DNA from: Lingula anatina
Lineage: Eukaryota; Animalia; Brachiopoda
Reading direction: 5' to 3'
DNA: 64,000 nucleotides
Assembly (NCBI GenBank): GCA_051362555.1
Contig: CM120640.1
Span: forward strand, 37,343,967-37,407,966
Shown: positions 37,701 to 51,939 of the stretch, piece after piece
Numbering within the stretch: position 1 is the stretch's first letter
Layout of the letters: each line of letters opens with the position of its first letter
The notes under the pieces: generated by a model
Told to the model about the DNA's origin: nothing
The model's database searches: none
What the model saw: only the letters and a program-made list of their open reading frames with translations
Translations under genes and position numbers: made by a program

Positions 37701-40700
37701 ACAAGCCCCTGGCGTACAAGTGTAATGGTGTGCAAACACGACTCTGATACGTTTATGTTCACATTTGGCACTGTGGACAAACAGCGGTATCGCTGAATCC
37801 AAACAAAAACGTCGTAACCGACTGATTGTCCAATTAATTGACTTTTATGACGCATGTCCCAGTAGTAAGATCCATCAGTGACGTGGTTATCTTTACGATC
37901 CTCTTGCCACTTGGTCGAACCGCATCTCAAACCCAAAAGGCCCAACATATCTGATTAGTTCTAGCTATCCGTGGCAGATCTCACAGATCGTGTAGTCAAA
38001 GTTCAGGCCATGCCAGTGTCATCTTTGACATTGCTTACCGTTATGACACGGCGAAGTGTCACACTACTGGTAATCTGACCTTTTTTTATAGACACATTTA
38101 ACATGCGATAACACAAAAGTAAAGTAGATTTCTGTGATATTGCGTAGATCGCCAGTGCGGTCGCCAGCCCAACGATAGGACACCTTAGTTAAAGGAAAAC
38201 AGCCGTTTCGGGAGTGGGTGCCATTTCAGTGTACATGAAGATTGTCTTATCATAACAGAGGAATAATGACGTCAAGTTTGGCTATCCAATATTACTGTTG
38301 CATGTTTGAAGGGATCATTACAGAGGCTACCAGTGCGTTAGAGGATGTTTCAATGTGAAATACTGTAGGGTCGTTATCAAGTCGAGGAGAGCTTGGGTGT
38401 CGTAAAAGGTGATCATTAAAAGATTAACATGTTTACGTTTTATGTCATATCACCATTTTGTGGAATTTCCTGCATTTGGCCTGCTACCCTGAATGACAGA
38501 ATGTTATCGGTGACACTTCTCCTTTATCAGTATTCGCTGGTTCACAAAAGTAAGTTGGACACTAAGGGTGCAACTCTCAATGCAAATGTCAAAGAGTGGG
38601 TTTGTTAGCAACGTGCTGTTATTGAAGTTGAAGAGACACGAATAAATCCAACAATATAAAGGTCATTAGATACGAAAACAGGGAAACGGCTCGGAAAAAT
38701 TAATCCATCCGCATAAATGCCTTTGATGGGCCAAGTATTGTTTGGTAATTCCCGGTCGCTGCGGGAATCAGAAGAGAAATCGCACAAGCAGAAATCCATT
38801 AATAAGGACAAGATATCATTAAAATCACTGCGCTGCAAAGTAATTCGCCGTGGCAGTTGTGTATATTACAGTGCTAACGTTATATTATGAACACAACCGA
38901 ATCTCAGGCAACACTAAATGATCAAGTTAGGCCCAGGCTGGTATATGGCGATCCGTCAATTAGACCTCAGATTTTCTATGAGTATCCTATGTATTCAAGC
39001 ATATAGGGTGTTTTCTGTAGCTGTCACCGTGAAAATCTATATCTCAGCGCTGTTATGCGATAATGACGTTTTTAAACTCAATTCAATTAATTGGGAAATA
39101 GACCATTAGTTGGTTATCTATTATTATGCGTATCAAGCGTCTACTTATTCTGCTATCTCCTTTAATTGAGTTGGGTTTGATTAAAATCGGCCAATCGAGC
39201 ACTGTTATGCTTTAATTTGCCAGGAAGGGCACACGCAACTTAGACCTTGTGTTTTGGAGAAATTGTTCCACTGCCACTCTGCTAAATCTCGGCATTGCTC
39301 TGAAGTTACGTTAATTGTTCCTTTTTTTCGAACACATTCAAGTTAGGCATGCTTAAATTTCCAGGAAAACTTAACATCTTTATAAGAGATATCTCTAGAC
39401 AACCACGTCTTTCGGCCTGACTTTGACCGCTTTTCGCATTTGGTATTAATTAGAGTATTGGTTATGGTTTCAAAAGCATGTAAGACCCCATTCCCATAGA
39501 CACCATCGGTCTTCGTAGATCGATCCAAATCTGCGGGGATTTTCGCTGAATGCAGTCAGCTTAAATGAATGACACGCCTCCTCTTTTTTTCCAATCTACT
39601 CGTATAAACATCAGCTTTTGTGTTTTCTACTCGACCCCAGGATGAGGCGTGTTAATCGGTCAAACTGATTGCATTCAGCGGGAGTCCCGTGGAGTTGGGT
39701 CGATCTAGGCAGACCGATGCAGTCTATGGGAATTGGTCCTAAAGACATATAAGTAATTATGCACGTACCAGTAAGACCCACGGGAAGTGCTTGTATATTG
39801 CCGTTGCTGATCCTGCGGGTAACACTATTATCATTCACCTGTCAAATGAATAAATTGAAAGATAAATAAATAGATAAATGAAATAAATTAGCAAATAAAT
39901 GGAAGATGAAAAAGAAGAAAAAGAATGAATAAAAGCTAGCACCAGTAAAAATAAATCGAATAATTGGAGTAAATTTAAAAAATATATATATATATAAAGG
40001 GGCATTTTAGATGGCCAGATGAAGCCCAACACAACCTGGACTTACTAATCCTGACAGTTTCACCGAAAGTGATTGAAAAAAAGATTTTTTGAAACAAATT
40101 TATGACTTTTTTGTTTTTGATTTTGCACAACAGGCAATAAATTTTGATAATGATTACTAGCACGTGTGCACAAATTAAGCTTCAGATAATATTGTATTAC
40201 ATGTAGTGAAACAATATCTTAATATCTTTGTTCTGGATTGGTATAGACAAACCGTTATGGCGATCTTTTTTAAATCAATGACGAATGTTATTGTGGATTA
40301 AAAAGCGAGATAAGAGCAATTTGAACGGAAATATGCGTTTATCAAATTAACACCTGTATCCAAGCGCAATATGGAAAGATTTTAATCATAAGATTCTATT
40401 AGTTTATTGATTCCTTCTTAATCCTTGCTTCCGTTCTTCAATGCTTCTTTCGTGGGACATTCATCTAATTGTGTCATAGCACAATGCCAAGGGTATTTAT
40501 TAATGTAGAATTACCAGTGCTCTTTTAAATTACATATATGACTCAATGATTGAACATGTATCACTCTCAAAAACTATGAACAACGAACAGTGTTCATTTC
40601 TTACAAAAAATGACAAAAGTTATTTACGATGATTTTAGTAAGGTGGAAGACCGTTGGTGAATCAACTCCCTTTAGGACAGTTATTTATGAGAGCCCTGTA

Positions 40701-43700
40701 AGGTACTTAACTTATTTAATAGTCAAAACAAAGTTTAGAAGAGAAGGGGTTGTTTACGACAAAAATAACCAAGGCCACCGTAACTGGGGTCTCTGTAGAC
40801 CGCAGGCGTCCCAGTCAGGATAAGGTGAGCTGCACGCCAATGCGGCTGGTTAATTTAGAGGGAAAAATGAAAATCTCGTTTGCTTTCATAAACTAACCAT
40901 AATGGCATTTTCAAGCTAGCATCCCAATACTAAAACCCAAGCAATTGCTTATAAGGTAAACGGCCTGGGATGACTTCAAAATGATTTATGGCTGTTTAAC
41001 GGGTTTTGTAAAAGGGCATTCCATTCGTGGCAACTTGGAATCAACATTATTGTGCTTCGTAATCAATAAAGGTAAAAATCATTTTATTTAAAGAAAATGC
41101 CCAGCTTTTCAAATTACTCCGTGCCGGTTGAGGTTGATTATACAGTTACAACATACAGTTCTTGAAGTTACAGGCGAGTTTACAAAATCATTGGCGATAA
41201 AAAAAAATCGCCCTGGTGTACATATAGATATTTATAGAACCGACCGTGGTATTTACATCTCTAATTGCCAATTAAGAGATAGGATGCGCATACCTCCGCG
41301 AAGTATAACGTAAATAATAACATCACACCAACCAGCGTCTCTCATACTTACGCCATCTATGTCTATACCAGACATGTATTGCATGCAACGAGAGCATGCA
41401 CATAAGCAGGTTATGAGAAAACTGACATATTTAGACGTGTGTTTCATCATCGTCATCAACAAAAAACAGGGACGGCATTAACATCAACAACATATTAGGG
41501 GTCCAGTGAGAGGAAATAGGACCCGAGGCAAAGCCGAGGGACTCTCTCAATATACATGTACCCTGTTCATTTTTATGTAATCGAATGTCCACCGTGGTAT
41601 TAAGGCCTAGGGGGACAGCGTACATACTACCTCGGCCTGTATAATGCCAGTACGTAAGGCTTTCGTTGACAGTCGCATCGCCTATATTACGAAATATCTT
41701 TCAGTGATTTTTGCTAATTTTTAGTTCGCTTTGACAACGATTTGCACATGATGCACTTGTTCATATTGGTTATGCATAGCATTTGTTCAATATCTCGGTA
41801 CCGGAACATTTAAACCAGACTGTCATACAAGCATATGGCAGTAGAAGTAAAGGTCTTGTTTAACAGGGATGCACGAGTAGAAGCCATTTGCAGTTCTTGT
41901 TCCAACTGACCTTTTACGTTGCAATTTTTACGTTTTTGGTGTCGATTTTTGACTTTGATAACATTCTGGATATCGAAGACAACCCGAGACGACCTGGGGT
42001 GTCAATCTAAAGACAATTGGCATTTGACTTATCGTACACTACTTTTTCATGAAATGAGTGTTAAATAAGATATCAATCGACATTCCGCTCCGCGTATCGG
42101 TCAATAAGCCTGAATAACCAAGCGAACAGTGGACTATTCTACATGTATTTCTTCTGTTTCAATATCTGTTTCAATTTTGATTTGTTTCGTTTAACAGCTT
42201 TGTTCATCAACATTTTAAACCATGCATGGGCCTTCATTAATCAAACAGACACATTTGCTTCTGCAGGACTTTCCTAGGGATTCTCTGGCCTCAGAAAAAA
42301 TACTTGAAAAAGGATGAAACCAACCAGACTTCCCTTTCATGTTAATGTACATACATAGTGATGATATCAAAGGGAATTACAAACCGTAAATGTTGATAAA
42401 TAACGGAATCAGCTGTTACTTGTGTGGTATACACGTTGGTGATCTGATCCAGGGCAGAGCCGTTCTGCATGAGAAGACCATTTGTTCTCTGTTTCTTTTT
42501 TTGTCTAGGTACCGGTGCATCTGTCTGATGGCCGGGTGCTTAATTACAATATCGAGGGCTAATGGCAGTTTCAGGTGTTCGCAGATAAAAAGATGGTACA
42601 CAGAAACTGTTTCAGCATCTTCATAATTCATTGTGCCGCTTTCATCTTCAAGTACACCCTTTGCAGAATTTTACCAGCGATATTGATTGTATTGTTCTAT
42701 AAATATGATCCGAAATTAGTTGTAGCGCGCTACCACATGCAACTTCCCTACTGAGACTCTATTTAAAGCTGCATAAGGTGATCAGCGCTTATTAATAATC
42801 GTACCCCAGTACCTGGATTCGAATGGTAACTTGAATGCCAAAAAGAAAAAAAAATACTTTCATTGCACACTTACGAGTATGTGGCGTGATTTTGTTTTTT
42901 AGGGATCTCCCTTGTACTTTAAAATTACGGTGAAACTGAAATGATTAAAAGAAAACAGAGTACATCGTGTCGTTGGTAAACGCACACATTTATATTCCGA
43001 CTGCAGGAACCGACTCTGAGACAGAACAACATTTACGTGCATGTCCGTGCTTATACTTTTTTCTATAATGCATATAATGCAGACCACCCGGCGCCAGCGC
43101 CCCATTGAAGAATCCTTCGGCCCTCCAGTCGGTTGCGTGCATAGAAACGTATGTTCGCCGTAGGGACAACTTCATTTAAGTAGACAATTATAGATCGCAA
43201 TTTTTCCTGATGCAGAAGCAAGGTCATATCCGAAAAACGATTAGTTTTGGGCTCCTTAGAATAGCGTCAAGCATCTGCTGGCTTAGAGAGGACAATTACG
43301 AGGTTTTCTTATTGAGCAAAAAGCCTATACTAACTGTGAGTTAGCGAGACCTTTAGCGACCAGAAGAATTTATTCTGTTGACATCAATCATTTCTTTAGA
43401 CGTTCGTAATTTCCTGGATCACTACCTTTATCAGTGAACTCGTGGGGAAAAGGGATTCCCCCCGACCAGCGGTCTTTTTCAAAGGATCGGCCGTGGATTC
43501 TTTAATTCTCTTTGTGTTTTCTTTATAAAATGCATGTGCTTACATTCCAAAGGCATATTTTACAGTCTTCTGAAATAAGGAATAACTCCCCCTGTTTATT
43601 GCATGTATTTTGATGGCAAGAATATGCATGTTTTCAAAAACATATTATTCATGAGGTAACTATGAGTTAAGAGCATGTCCGGTGAGGCACAGAATTTGTT

Positions 43701-46700
43701 GAGGACACAAGGGAAATCTTTGAAGTACCGGTATACAATTACAACAGAACAGCTTTACGCTGTTTTCCCATTTAAATACGTTTCACTGCAGGAAAAGTAG
43801 CCTTTCTATACTCGCAAATAAACAAAACAACTGTATTTTGGGGTGATTACTTCCAGTGTATTTCAATAGGCTTAAAAGACTTTACCTAAAGGCAATTTAA
43901 CTTCTTTTAATTAGATGTTTTAATCTTTCACCATTTACATATCTGTACCTAAGTCATGGTGAGTTTTGACCAAGCGATATTGTTTCATTTGATAGAGCAG
44001 TGTCCTGGTATTGGGCACTGTTGGTCAATCGACTTATCGTCTATTAACCCAAGAGTGATTTGCTTCTGGAAAGTTCTTTTCTACTGTGGTGAATATCTTC
44101 TCAGGGTGTTGGCCCATTATTGTGTCTTGCTTTACCAAGATGGCCAGTGGGAGACTGGGGTTTTCGTGTACAGGACCAGGGCGTTCAATACAAAGCATGG
44201 TTCATGGAGTCCCATCTTTCATTAGTCGACAATACCTTAGAGTTTTGGGGAAAAGGGCGATTTTCTTATGATTTTATTATTTTTTATTATTTTCCTATAC
44301 AGAGAAAAAAAATCATTCGACAAGAACTCTGTGGTTTCTACTTATTTATCCCTGTTTCAAGGGTTGAAATAAAAACTTGTCACGTTTATCTTGTCACAAA
44401 ACATACCATGAAATACCAACACTATGTGTATATTGCCATGGTTTAGGTGTCTGGCGTACCGGGATTGTAACAGGATCTTCCTACCTTTCTCAGAATCAGT
44501 GTCGTCATGATGAGAAAAAATCGATTCGTGGGCAAGTTCTCTGACATTCTTTTACGCCTTCTCGAGGAAAATGTTAACCAAGAGGTCGACCAGAAAATGG
44601 CAACAAGTCACCTAAGTATGCACTGAACGAGAAAATTAATTTTCTGATTTGGACTGAAAATGTCTTAATGTTTGGTTCATTGAAAATGTTTGACTAAAAT
44701 ACCATCAGTTCATGGAAAGTAAATGTGTGACCCACGCGGATGGCAATGAACGTAGAAATCAGGTGTTCTTGTTTACGTAATGCAGACGAGAGCTGTAGGT
44801 GTTTTAAATTTGCGTCGAGATAGGGTGTGTAAAAATTGAAAGCATATGTCTCATTGATAGGAATGAGCAACCACAATGAAATGCTTATTTTGTGCCTATA
44901 GGTAAAAGAAATATTTTAAATGCTAGAAACATCTTTTTAACACTATAATAACTCCATAGGATGGGCGAGCTCAGCAAATGTTCCCCGGTAGGCAGGGGAT
45001 TTATGTTAGAATTAATTAGAAGTAATGATAATGCTCTCTTGAGTTAAGTGAAAAATCACTTAGCTAAGTTAAAGAGAATAATCACATACCGCATGATCCA
45101 GATGCAAGCGGGACACATTCACAAGCAGACAGACACGAACACTGCCACACACGCATACAAGTGTAGGCTGACACTCACAAATGCACGTCTCAGTACATAT
45201 ACATATACCTCATAGCAACACCATGGATGATTCAGCTTTTTTTTTCAGTTGTTTTTCTCGAAGGACTTTGAACCGCAAATTCGACAAAGAGTTGCTCGAA
45301 TCACGTTTATCACCATAATGTAGTCGAGCCATGTATAATTGCAGTGGTAAATGTAGGCCCTGTGTATTGCTGACATTAAAAGGTTTTTTAAGGGTGCTGT
45401 TCATACCATCAATGACAAGAATGTGTTTCTGAATGACGATTAGTTTTGGCCAAATCACCCTAATGCACTTAATGAGTTGCTAGATTAAATTCAAGAGCTT
45501 AATATAATGATTGAGTTTGGTATTCCGATCCCTCTTTTTATGTTTCCTCTTCGTTGTGTCAAATGTCCTGTGCTTCCATAGCGATTTATGATTATGCATT
45601 TATTAGTAACAGTCAACGCGCCATTCTTTTGACATATATTTCCTCCCCCTCGCTTCTGCCAGAGTGCAACTTATTTCAATATAATCTTTAAGGGGAATAC
45701 TTGGTCAAACATCTAAGCTTTAATCAATGGACAATTCAAACCTTGGCAAAGTGGGCGAAATTGAAATTTAGTAGTTGGCACGATATGGAGTCTTTGAGTG
45801 GAGTTACACCAAACCCAGCTTGATCGAAATGACTTCGGGTCAAATCCGATGTCATATTTCTAAGTGCACAGTGTAGTTGTCCTGTCATAAAATATTTCCC
45901 TTACCCCCCCACTCATCCCCCCATGCAGGATAATGTTTGATCCCATGGGCTTTCTCCCAGAAGCCGCAGCTAAGCCCTATGAAATTTATCATAGATTGAT
46001 CTCCCCGACCCTTGTGTGAACTGCCTTTTGCTCTGTTGGGGCAATAACTCATTATCGGCGATAACTGTTGACCAGGTACTCGAGAAAAACAATTGCAAAC
46101 CTTGAGTCACGAACTGTTAAGTGCTAGAAAAGTAATTTCCAGCTCTAATACATACGCATTTGAATTTTAGTGTTCCTGGAACAGCTTCCTTCAGCCTTTT
46201 AGAAGATGATTTTTCAGCAAAAACAGATTAATTGTTGTTCTTTTTTAATTTCGTGATTGATAAGTTGGTGAGGTTAACAAACAATTTGCTTAATAGGAAT
46301 CGAGCTCAGACTTCGTCTAGGGACAAAAACAAATAATCGAGTTAGCTGGAATGTAAATCATTGACAACGGACAGAGAGTAGTAAATAGACGCAGTGACAC
46401 TTTCTTTGGTGCAGCCTTGCACATCCCGTGTCGTTTGTAGTCGACGGTTGGGCAGCAGAGCTTGATGCTTATTTTCCTTTTACTCGGAAGGAATCAAAAA
46501 GAATGCAAGATGACTATACTTGGAACTTGTCTTTATCCCCAATTCTTTTAAGAAATACTCGACCCCTAAACGATCGAATGTTCCCTTCATTCACGGAAAT
46601 TCCGAAACTCGCACTTTTCATCGAAATCGGTGAGATTCTCAGATAATCAGTTCTCAAATTTTTTTCAATTCTCATGGTCCATAATGTGTGATGCCATCGC

Positions 46701-48462
46701 CGTGCGATGAAATTGTCCATACGATTTTTTTTCTTTTGAAATCGTAAGAAGCTACGGGCTACGCCGAGTACGTCTACATTACATGGCCTTAAATCCGTGG
46801 GATTTAGCACGGCCACCGTCTACCTCCTCTCAGACGCCGTACGAAAAGGGTTTTACGGTCAGTATACGTGCACCGTACGGGCATCGCATTTCAAATGTAA
46901 TCTAGGCTTTAGTATTAGTTTCATCTATTATAAGTTACAGTGTTTGTCTTTTTGGCGTTGAATATTTTTATAATTTTGTCAAAAGCCAACCGATGTTTTT
47001 TATCAATTCTAAACGGGTCCCAGTTAAGCAGATGCTGGGACTGACATATACGTAGCCGGGGCTATGATATATGTACATGGGTTTAACATGGAATCCGGTC
47101 TCTGATTATTTTCTGCACTATCTTCATCATGTCCGATGGCAAGTGTATCGACAGAGGGTTGGCGCTTCTTTTTTGAGAAAAAAAAAACAGACTCGGTTTT
47201 TTCAGCATCTTTATGTCAGCAAAAGATAATCATAAAGCGTGTTAGTGCGTTTTCATTTGTCTTGTTTCACGTTACTTGGCAGTTTATGAATGTCAGGGCT
47301 GGCTCCGATCATTCACCCTTCCGTTAATTTGCAGTTCAAATATTAATACCTAAAAGTACTCCACAGCCAACCCGCTGTGGCTCTGTTCATTCTCAACCCA
47401 ATGGCTAACAGTATTTGATTCAAATAATCAAAATGATCTTCGTGATATGCATTCATGACTCCTATAAATAAATTTGCTTTCATCTTTTCCTACAACCACA
47501 CCAGATCCGAAAACAAATAAGGAAGCAATACTCACTTGTATTAGCTATAGATACGTTCGGAAAATAACACGAAACGACGTTTCCTTATAAACGCTCACGT
47601 ACGGAAATGCACCGTGATACTACAATGCTCTTGGAGAGTTCGTAGCAGCGTTAGCCTATTCAGAAATTAACCCCTAGAGATTTTACCTATGTTGTCAATG
47701 TTATCTCTCTTTATACTGACAGTAATATCCTGAATAGAAGATTAACAGGTCCTCCCTCATCGCAACATCTACTACAATTAATCCCTGTCTTGGGATCTGT
47801 TACGGACATCCATGTCCGTAACATGATGACCATCGGGGTTATTGAAGAAAAAACTCATGAGTTTTCCTGCTTCACCGTCCCCCCTGTTGCGCTATACCAT
47901 ATCTCTATGTGCAGCCGTGAATTATTTCACACTAAGTATGCTTATGAGACAATAGTGCATTCTTTCACTTCGCTGTGCTGCGATTTACATGAGTTGTGGT
48001 CGATGTATGACTTAAAAAATACAGAACGTCCGCGATCTCTGTAATTTTAAAACTGTAATTTTAGTTTTAACGAGTTATATGAAATATCTTTAATTAGATA
48101 ATAATTTCATATTACAATTAACATAGCACGGTGTAAATGGATATTAAGTTAGACAAAATATTGTATTAAATATACGAGAGTCAAGGGAAGTGTTTTTGCT
48201 TTACAATGTTTTACGTTTGGTTTTCAGTTTATCTTGTTGGGTGTTGCTCACACTACTTCTAAAAGCATGTTGGTGCATTATGAATTTAACGTCTGTATTG
48301 TATTGTTATACGCAGATTAACTGTGAGGTAATGTGAACACCATATTGTTTGTAATGCTCGACAGAGGGTCTTTTCCTATAAAGGAGAGTAAACTGATATG
48401 TTCCGATATATGGAAATTAATCAATTTCAGGATTGTCCTTACGTCTTATCTTATATTTCCAG

Positions 48463-50565
48463 AGCCTTTACCGGAATTTGTCTGATCGCCACTTTGCAGA
48501 CAGCGCTCAATCGGCTCAAAGACCTGTTCAACGTCCGACTATCTAAACATCAGGCGCCATCTACCGATGTTTTATTACCTGCAGTAGGGCGCAGCGACAT
48601 CAATCGGCGGCCGGGCTTCAAATAAGCCAACTTGATTGACCAAAGAGACAGATATTTCACAGTTATTATTAGAAAGTCTTAAAAAGACACGTTGTTATTC
48701 CCACACAAAGTTCCAGACATACTTTATTGAACGAACATAATGTATTAGTTATGGTGTATTTTGATGGCTCTCGCACTAGATGTTTCGTCTTTATCATTAA
48801 CGTAAATCTGATTTGACATTTGAATTCACATCACTAGTATCGTACAAATTCAAGAAAATGATATCTGATATCAAAATCCACTAGCCTTGAGTCCAAAGAG
48901 AATTGATACCATCGGATGATTTATGATTGCAATCATTTACTCGCAAGTACAAGACCGATAAAACATTTGGATAGCTTTGATGGAGTTTTATCGGACATTC
49001 ATTTACATCCAGACTCATCAGTAAAACCAAGCCACCTTTCAATCGGAGATAATTATATTTTGTGTATCAAATCAATGGTTAGGATTTTTTATAAATAGAC
49101 ACTTGATAACGTCCTATAATACGAACATAATATACTCGTAGGTGATAAAGTTGCAAGGTACTTTGTTCCATTAGTAATAGCTTGATGCACACAGGGTTAC
49201 AACAACAAGTTTTTTTCTTAAGAATCCAAGGCGCAATGCTACTGTTTTTTCTGTTTGAGGCGATTCGCTTTACAAGCCACGTTTTGTGAGTTTGTTTTGA
49301 TGTTGTGAAGTTAAAAGTAAACGAAATGTAATGCAAATTGTCTACATGTATATGTGTACACGTGTAACAAAGTGCACTGCACAAAAATCTTTACCCAGCA
49401 TTTCCAAGGTTGAAAACGAGTGAGTTACACATTTCTGACCATGTCCGCAAAATGCCCTAGTTGATGGCGTGTTCCATTATTGGCACCTACCACACAAGGG
49501 GCATCGTTTCTTTTCACTGTCCAATAGCTTAACTCGAGAAAATTGCTAAGATTTGAGACTCATAAAACTTGTCATGCAAACCCTGAAATAAATCAGTCAG
49601 GGAAATCAATTTGTCCTTTGTCGATTTGCACAAGAAGTTACCGTACATGTGCACTGTTTATCTGCCCTTTAATATGAAAAGCAAATTGTTTACCAAAGAG
49701 GCGCATCTTCGTGCACATAATGTGGTTGGGTGTGGGGTGGGGGTGGGGGGGGGGGGGGGCGGAAACTACAGCACAAATCTCCAAAATAGCACAGTTATCA
49801 ACTATTAGCATCACAAACAGTTTGACCCCTTCGTCTGACGCTTTTAGAACGTGCATACCCGGTTGAAGAAAAAAATACACTGTGATTTTCAATACCAAAT
49901 GTATAACAGGGGATGAAATGTCTATATGATCTGAGACTCCTAAGGTAAGTCTAGAAATAAAGAAAGAGTTAACCTTTTTCCGTCCATAAACTGCTCTTCT
50001 TTTTGGCATAAGAAATAGTACATGCACACCCAACTGTAGTGCTTCGCTAAAACAAGAAATGCTGACGGAACGGAAATATTTCAAATGCAACTGGGATTAA
50101 TGTAGCAATTGACATTATATCATGTCTTTTATGTTGGGTATACATTAAACTCACTCTACATCGCCCATGTATCTTTTTTTTTTATTTTGCATCATGCGAC
50201 ATAATTGAAGTGTGCTGAGTTTTGAATGTCTATATACTTTAGACATAACATAAAATTATCATAATTGTACTAGTACATGTAAAATATAAGGCACGATGGC
50301 TGGTAACGGATCAGGCCTTGTCATGTTCTGTCTACATTGAGACATAATTAATAGTTAATATTGTTCTCTCATTTTGTGCCAAAGAATATGTAACGTGCTG
50401 CTTGTGAAAATTAAAACAATTGAATTGTTATCTTAATATTGTAAATGACAGTTCTGATAAAAAGTACGCTGTAATGATATATTTATTGAATATACCGTTT
50501 CTGGTGTTTTATCAATATGTTGTAAGACTGTTGTGAGTTGTTGCCGAATAAATGAAAACATAGAC
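48463..50565 (+). other. Candidate terminal exon / long 3' UTR of the octopamine receptor
   Basis: Pyrimidine-rich acceptor tcttatcttatatttccag at 48462; a CpG-containing exon-like start; AATAAA at ~50547. Would pair with the donor at 31796 across a ~16.7-kb intron. Inference only. Confidence 0.3.
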
Positions 50566-51140
50566 CAAGTTCAGTTTTGAAAAATAATCTGGCAATTTCA
50601 ACTGACTCTTCTATATTTTCTAATGATTTGACAATTTCCACTGCCTCTTCATACTTCTTATATTACATTATATTTTAAGTGGCCGTTTGTGAGTCTTTCA
50701 TAAACATTTTAGCAATTATGTATTAAGTTCTTAACCAACAGAAAAGAAGGAAAAGATAAAAGAAGCTTGAAGTAACATTTCTTTATCTTACTTTTTAAAG
50801 AAAGCCAAATGAACGGCTGTATAGAATTGCATTACATGTATCTTAAAATGATGTAAGCAAAGAGGTTTAAGTCGTCTAAATAACGATCCATTCTCTTCTT
50901 GTGTTCTAAGTTTCCACTACTTATCTTATTTATTCGTTAATTTATCTTTTTATTTATGTTCCCTGAACTTATTTCAATCGATTAAAGTTTACAACCGGTA
51001 TAGTTAGCTTTGATGAAGCCTTAATTGATGGAGTGTAAGTAAGAGACACATCTAAATCACCCTTCCTTTCTCCTTTTCTCTATCTCGTGCGCGTTTGAAA
51101 CGTAATCAAATAAAAATAATAGCTAAAAAGTTTTCATTTA

Positions 51141-51878
51141 TGATAGGTTTACATATTTGATTTACCTGTTGACTGTTTCGTCTGTTCACTCTGATAAACT
51201 TCATCACAACTGAATTGTCTGTTCTTGCTCAGTCTTGTTGATGACTTGTTATTCTCCCTCGCCCCAGCCCCCCAGGGTGGGTTTGAGAATATCATCATAC
51301 ACACGGAACAGTCTGTGTGCTCCATCTCTGTTTGGATACCTTTGTTTTCATTTCAATCTGAAGTTTCCCCTTTTTATTGTCCATTTTGGGTAGTTACACT
51401 GTTTCAGTGCCTGTGTTGTATGTTGTTTTCTTCTTCGATTCTGTCCTCTGGTTCAGTCACGAGTTCATAGCAACGATCTAACAGTGACTAAATTACTGCC
51501 AATTTGTGTGCTACTGGATGGTGGGATGTACTAGTTTGTGTGCTTGGTTTTCTATACACTTTGGTAATTATGGACTGCTTTGACCATAATATCTATATCC
51601 AAGAATGCTATGTGGTTGTCCTTATTTTCTTCGTCGGCGAGTTTTATACTGTTGAAGAGGCCAATACTATTCATATGCTGGTTCACTGTTGCTAGAGTAT
51701 CCTTCAGTATTATCGGCAGGATGTCATCCACATATCTAAGGAACTAACAAGTCATCATCAAGACTGAGGTGACTACCTGTTCACCTCCACCTGAACAGGT
51801 CATTCAGTTGTGACCAATTGCAAGTCTGTCAGAGTGAACAGACGAAACGGTCTAAATCAAATATGTGGATCTATCGTG
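51141..51878 (-). mobile_element. Penelope-like retroelement fragment: degenerate RT between ~110-130-bp inverted repeats
   Basis: Minus-strand 51743->~51370 translates, with frameshifts and stops, to FLRYVDDIL...HMNSI...IAFLDI...TKVYRKP...HPVAHKLAVI.SLLDRC...ALKQCNYPKWTI, a PLE-type RT C-terminal and thumb region. Arms 51141-51251 and 51745-51878 are inverted copies. Confidence 0.85.
51166..51212 (-). ncRNA. Degenerate minimal type-I hammerhead-ribozyme-like motif in the Penelope repeat arm
   Basis: Minus strand reads cagttg-TGATGAA-gttt...agac-GAAAC-a-GTC-aacag. The inverted copy (51805-51853, plus) has a better stem II (gtctg/cagac) but a broken core. Minimal hammerheads are an established feature of Penelope pLTRs. 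Confidence 0.4.
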
Positions 51879-51895
51879 GATAAATTTTTTTAACG

Positions 51896-51897
<2 letters not shown>

Positions 51898-51938
<41 letters not shown>
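51898..51938 (+). repeat. poly(A) 41 nt abutting the Penelope-like element
   Basis: Seen directly. Confidence 0.9.

Positions 51939-51939
<1 letters not shown>

Noticed and set aside
41500-41660. ccgaggcaaagccgagg hairpin/direct-repeat motif suggestive of a non-autonomous element end
   Set aside because: Too short, and no matching partner end or TSD was found.
46690-46911. CG-rich ccgtacg-containing block ending in atgtaatctaggcttta (Harbinger-like MITE end)
   Set aside because: Only one plausible terminus; the matching TIR was not found.
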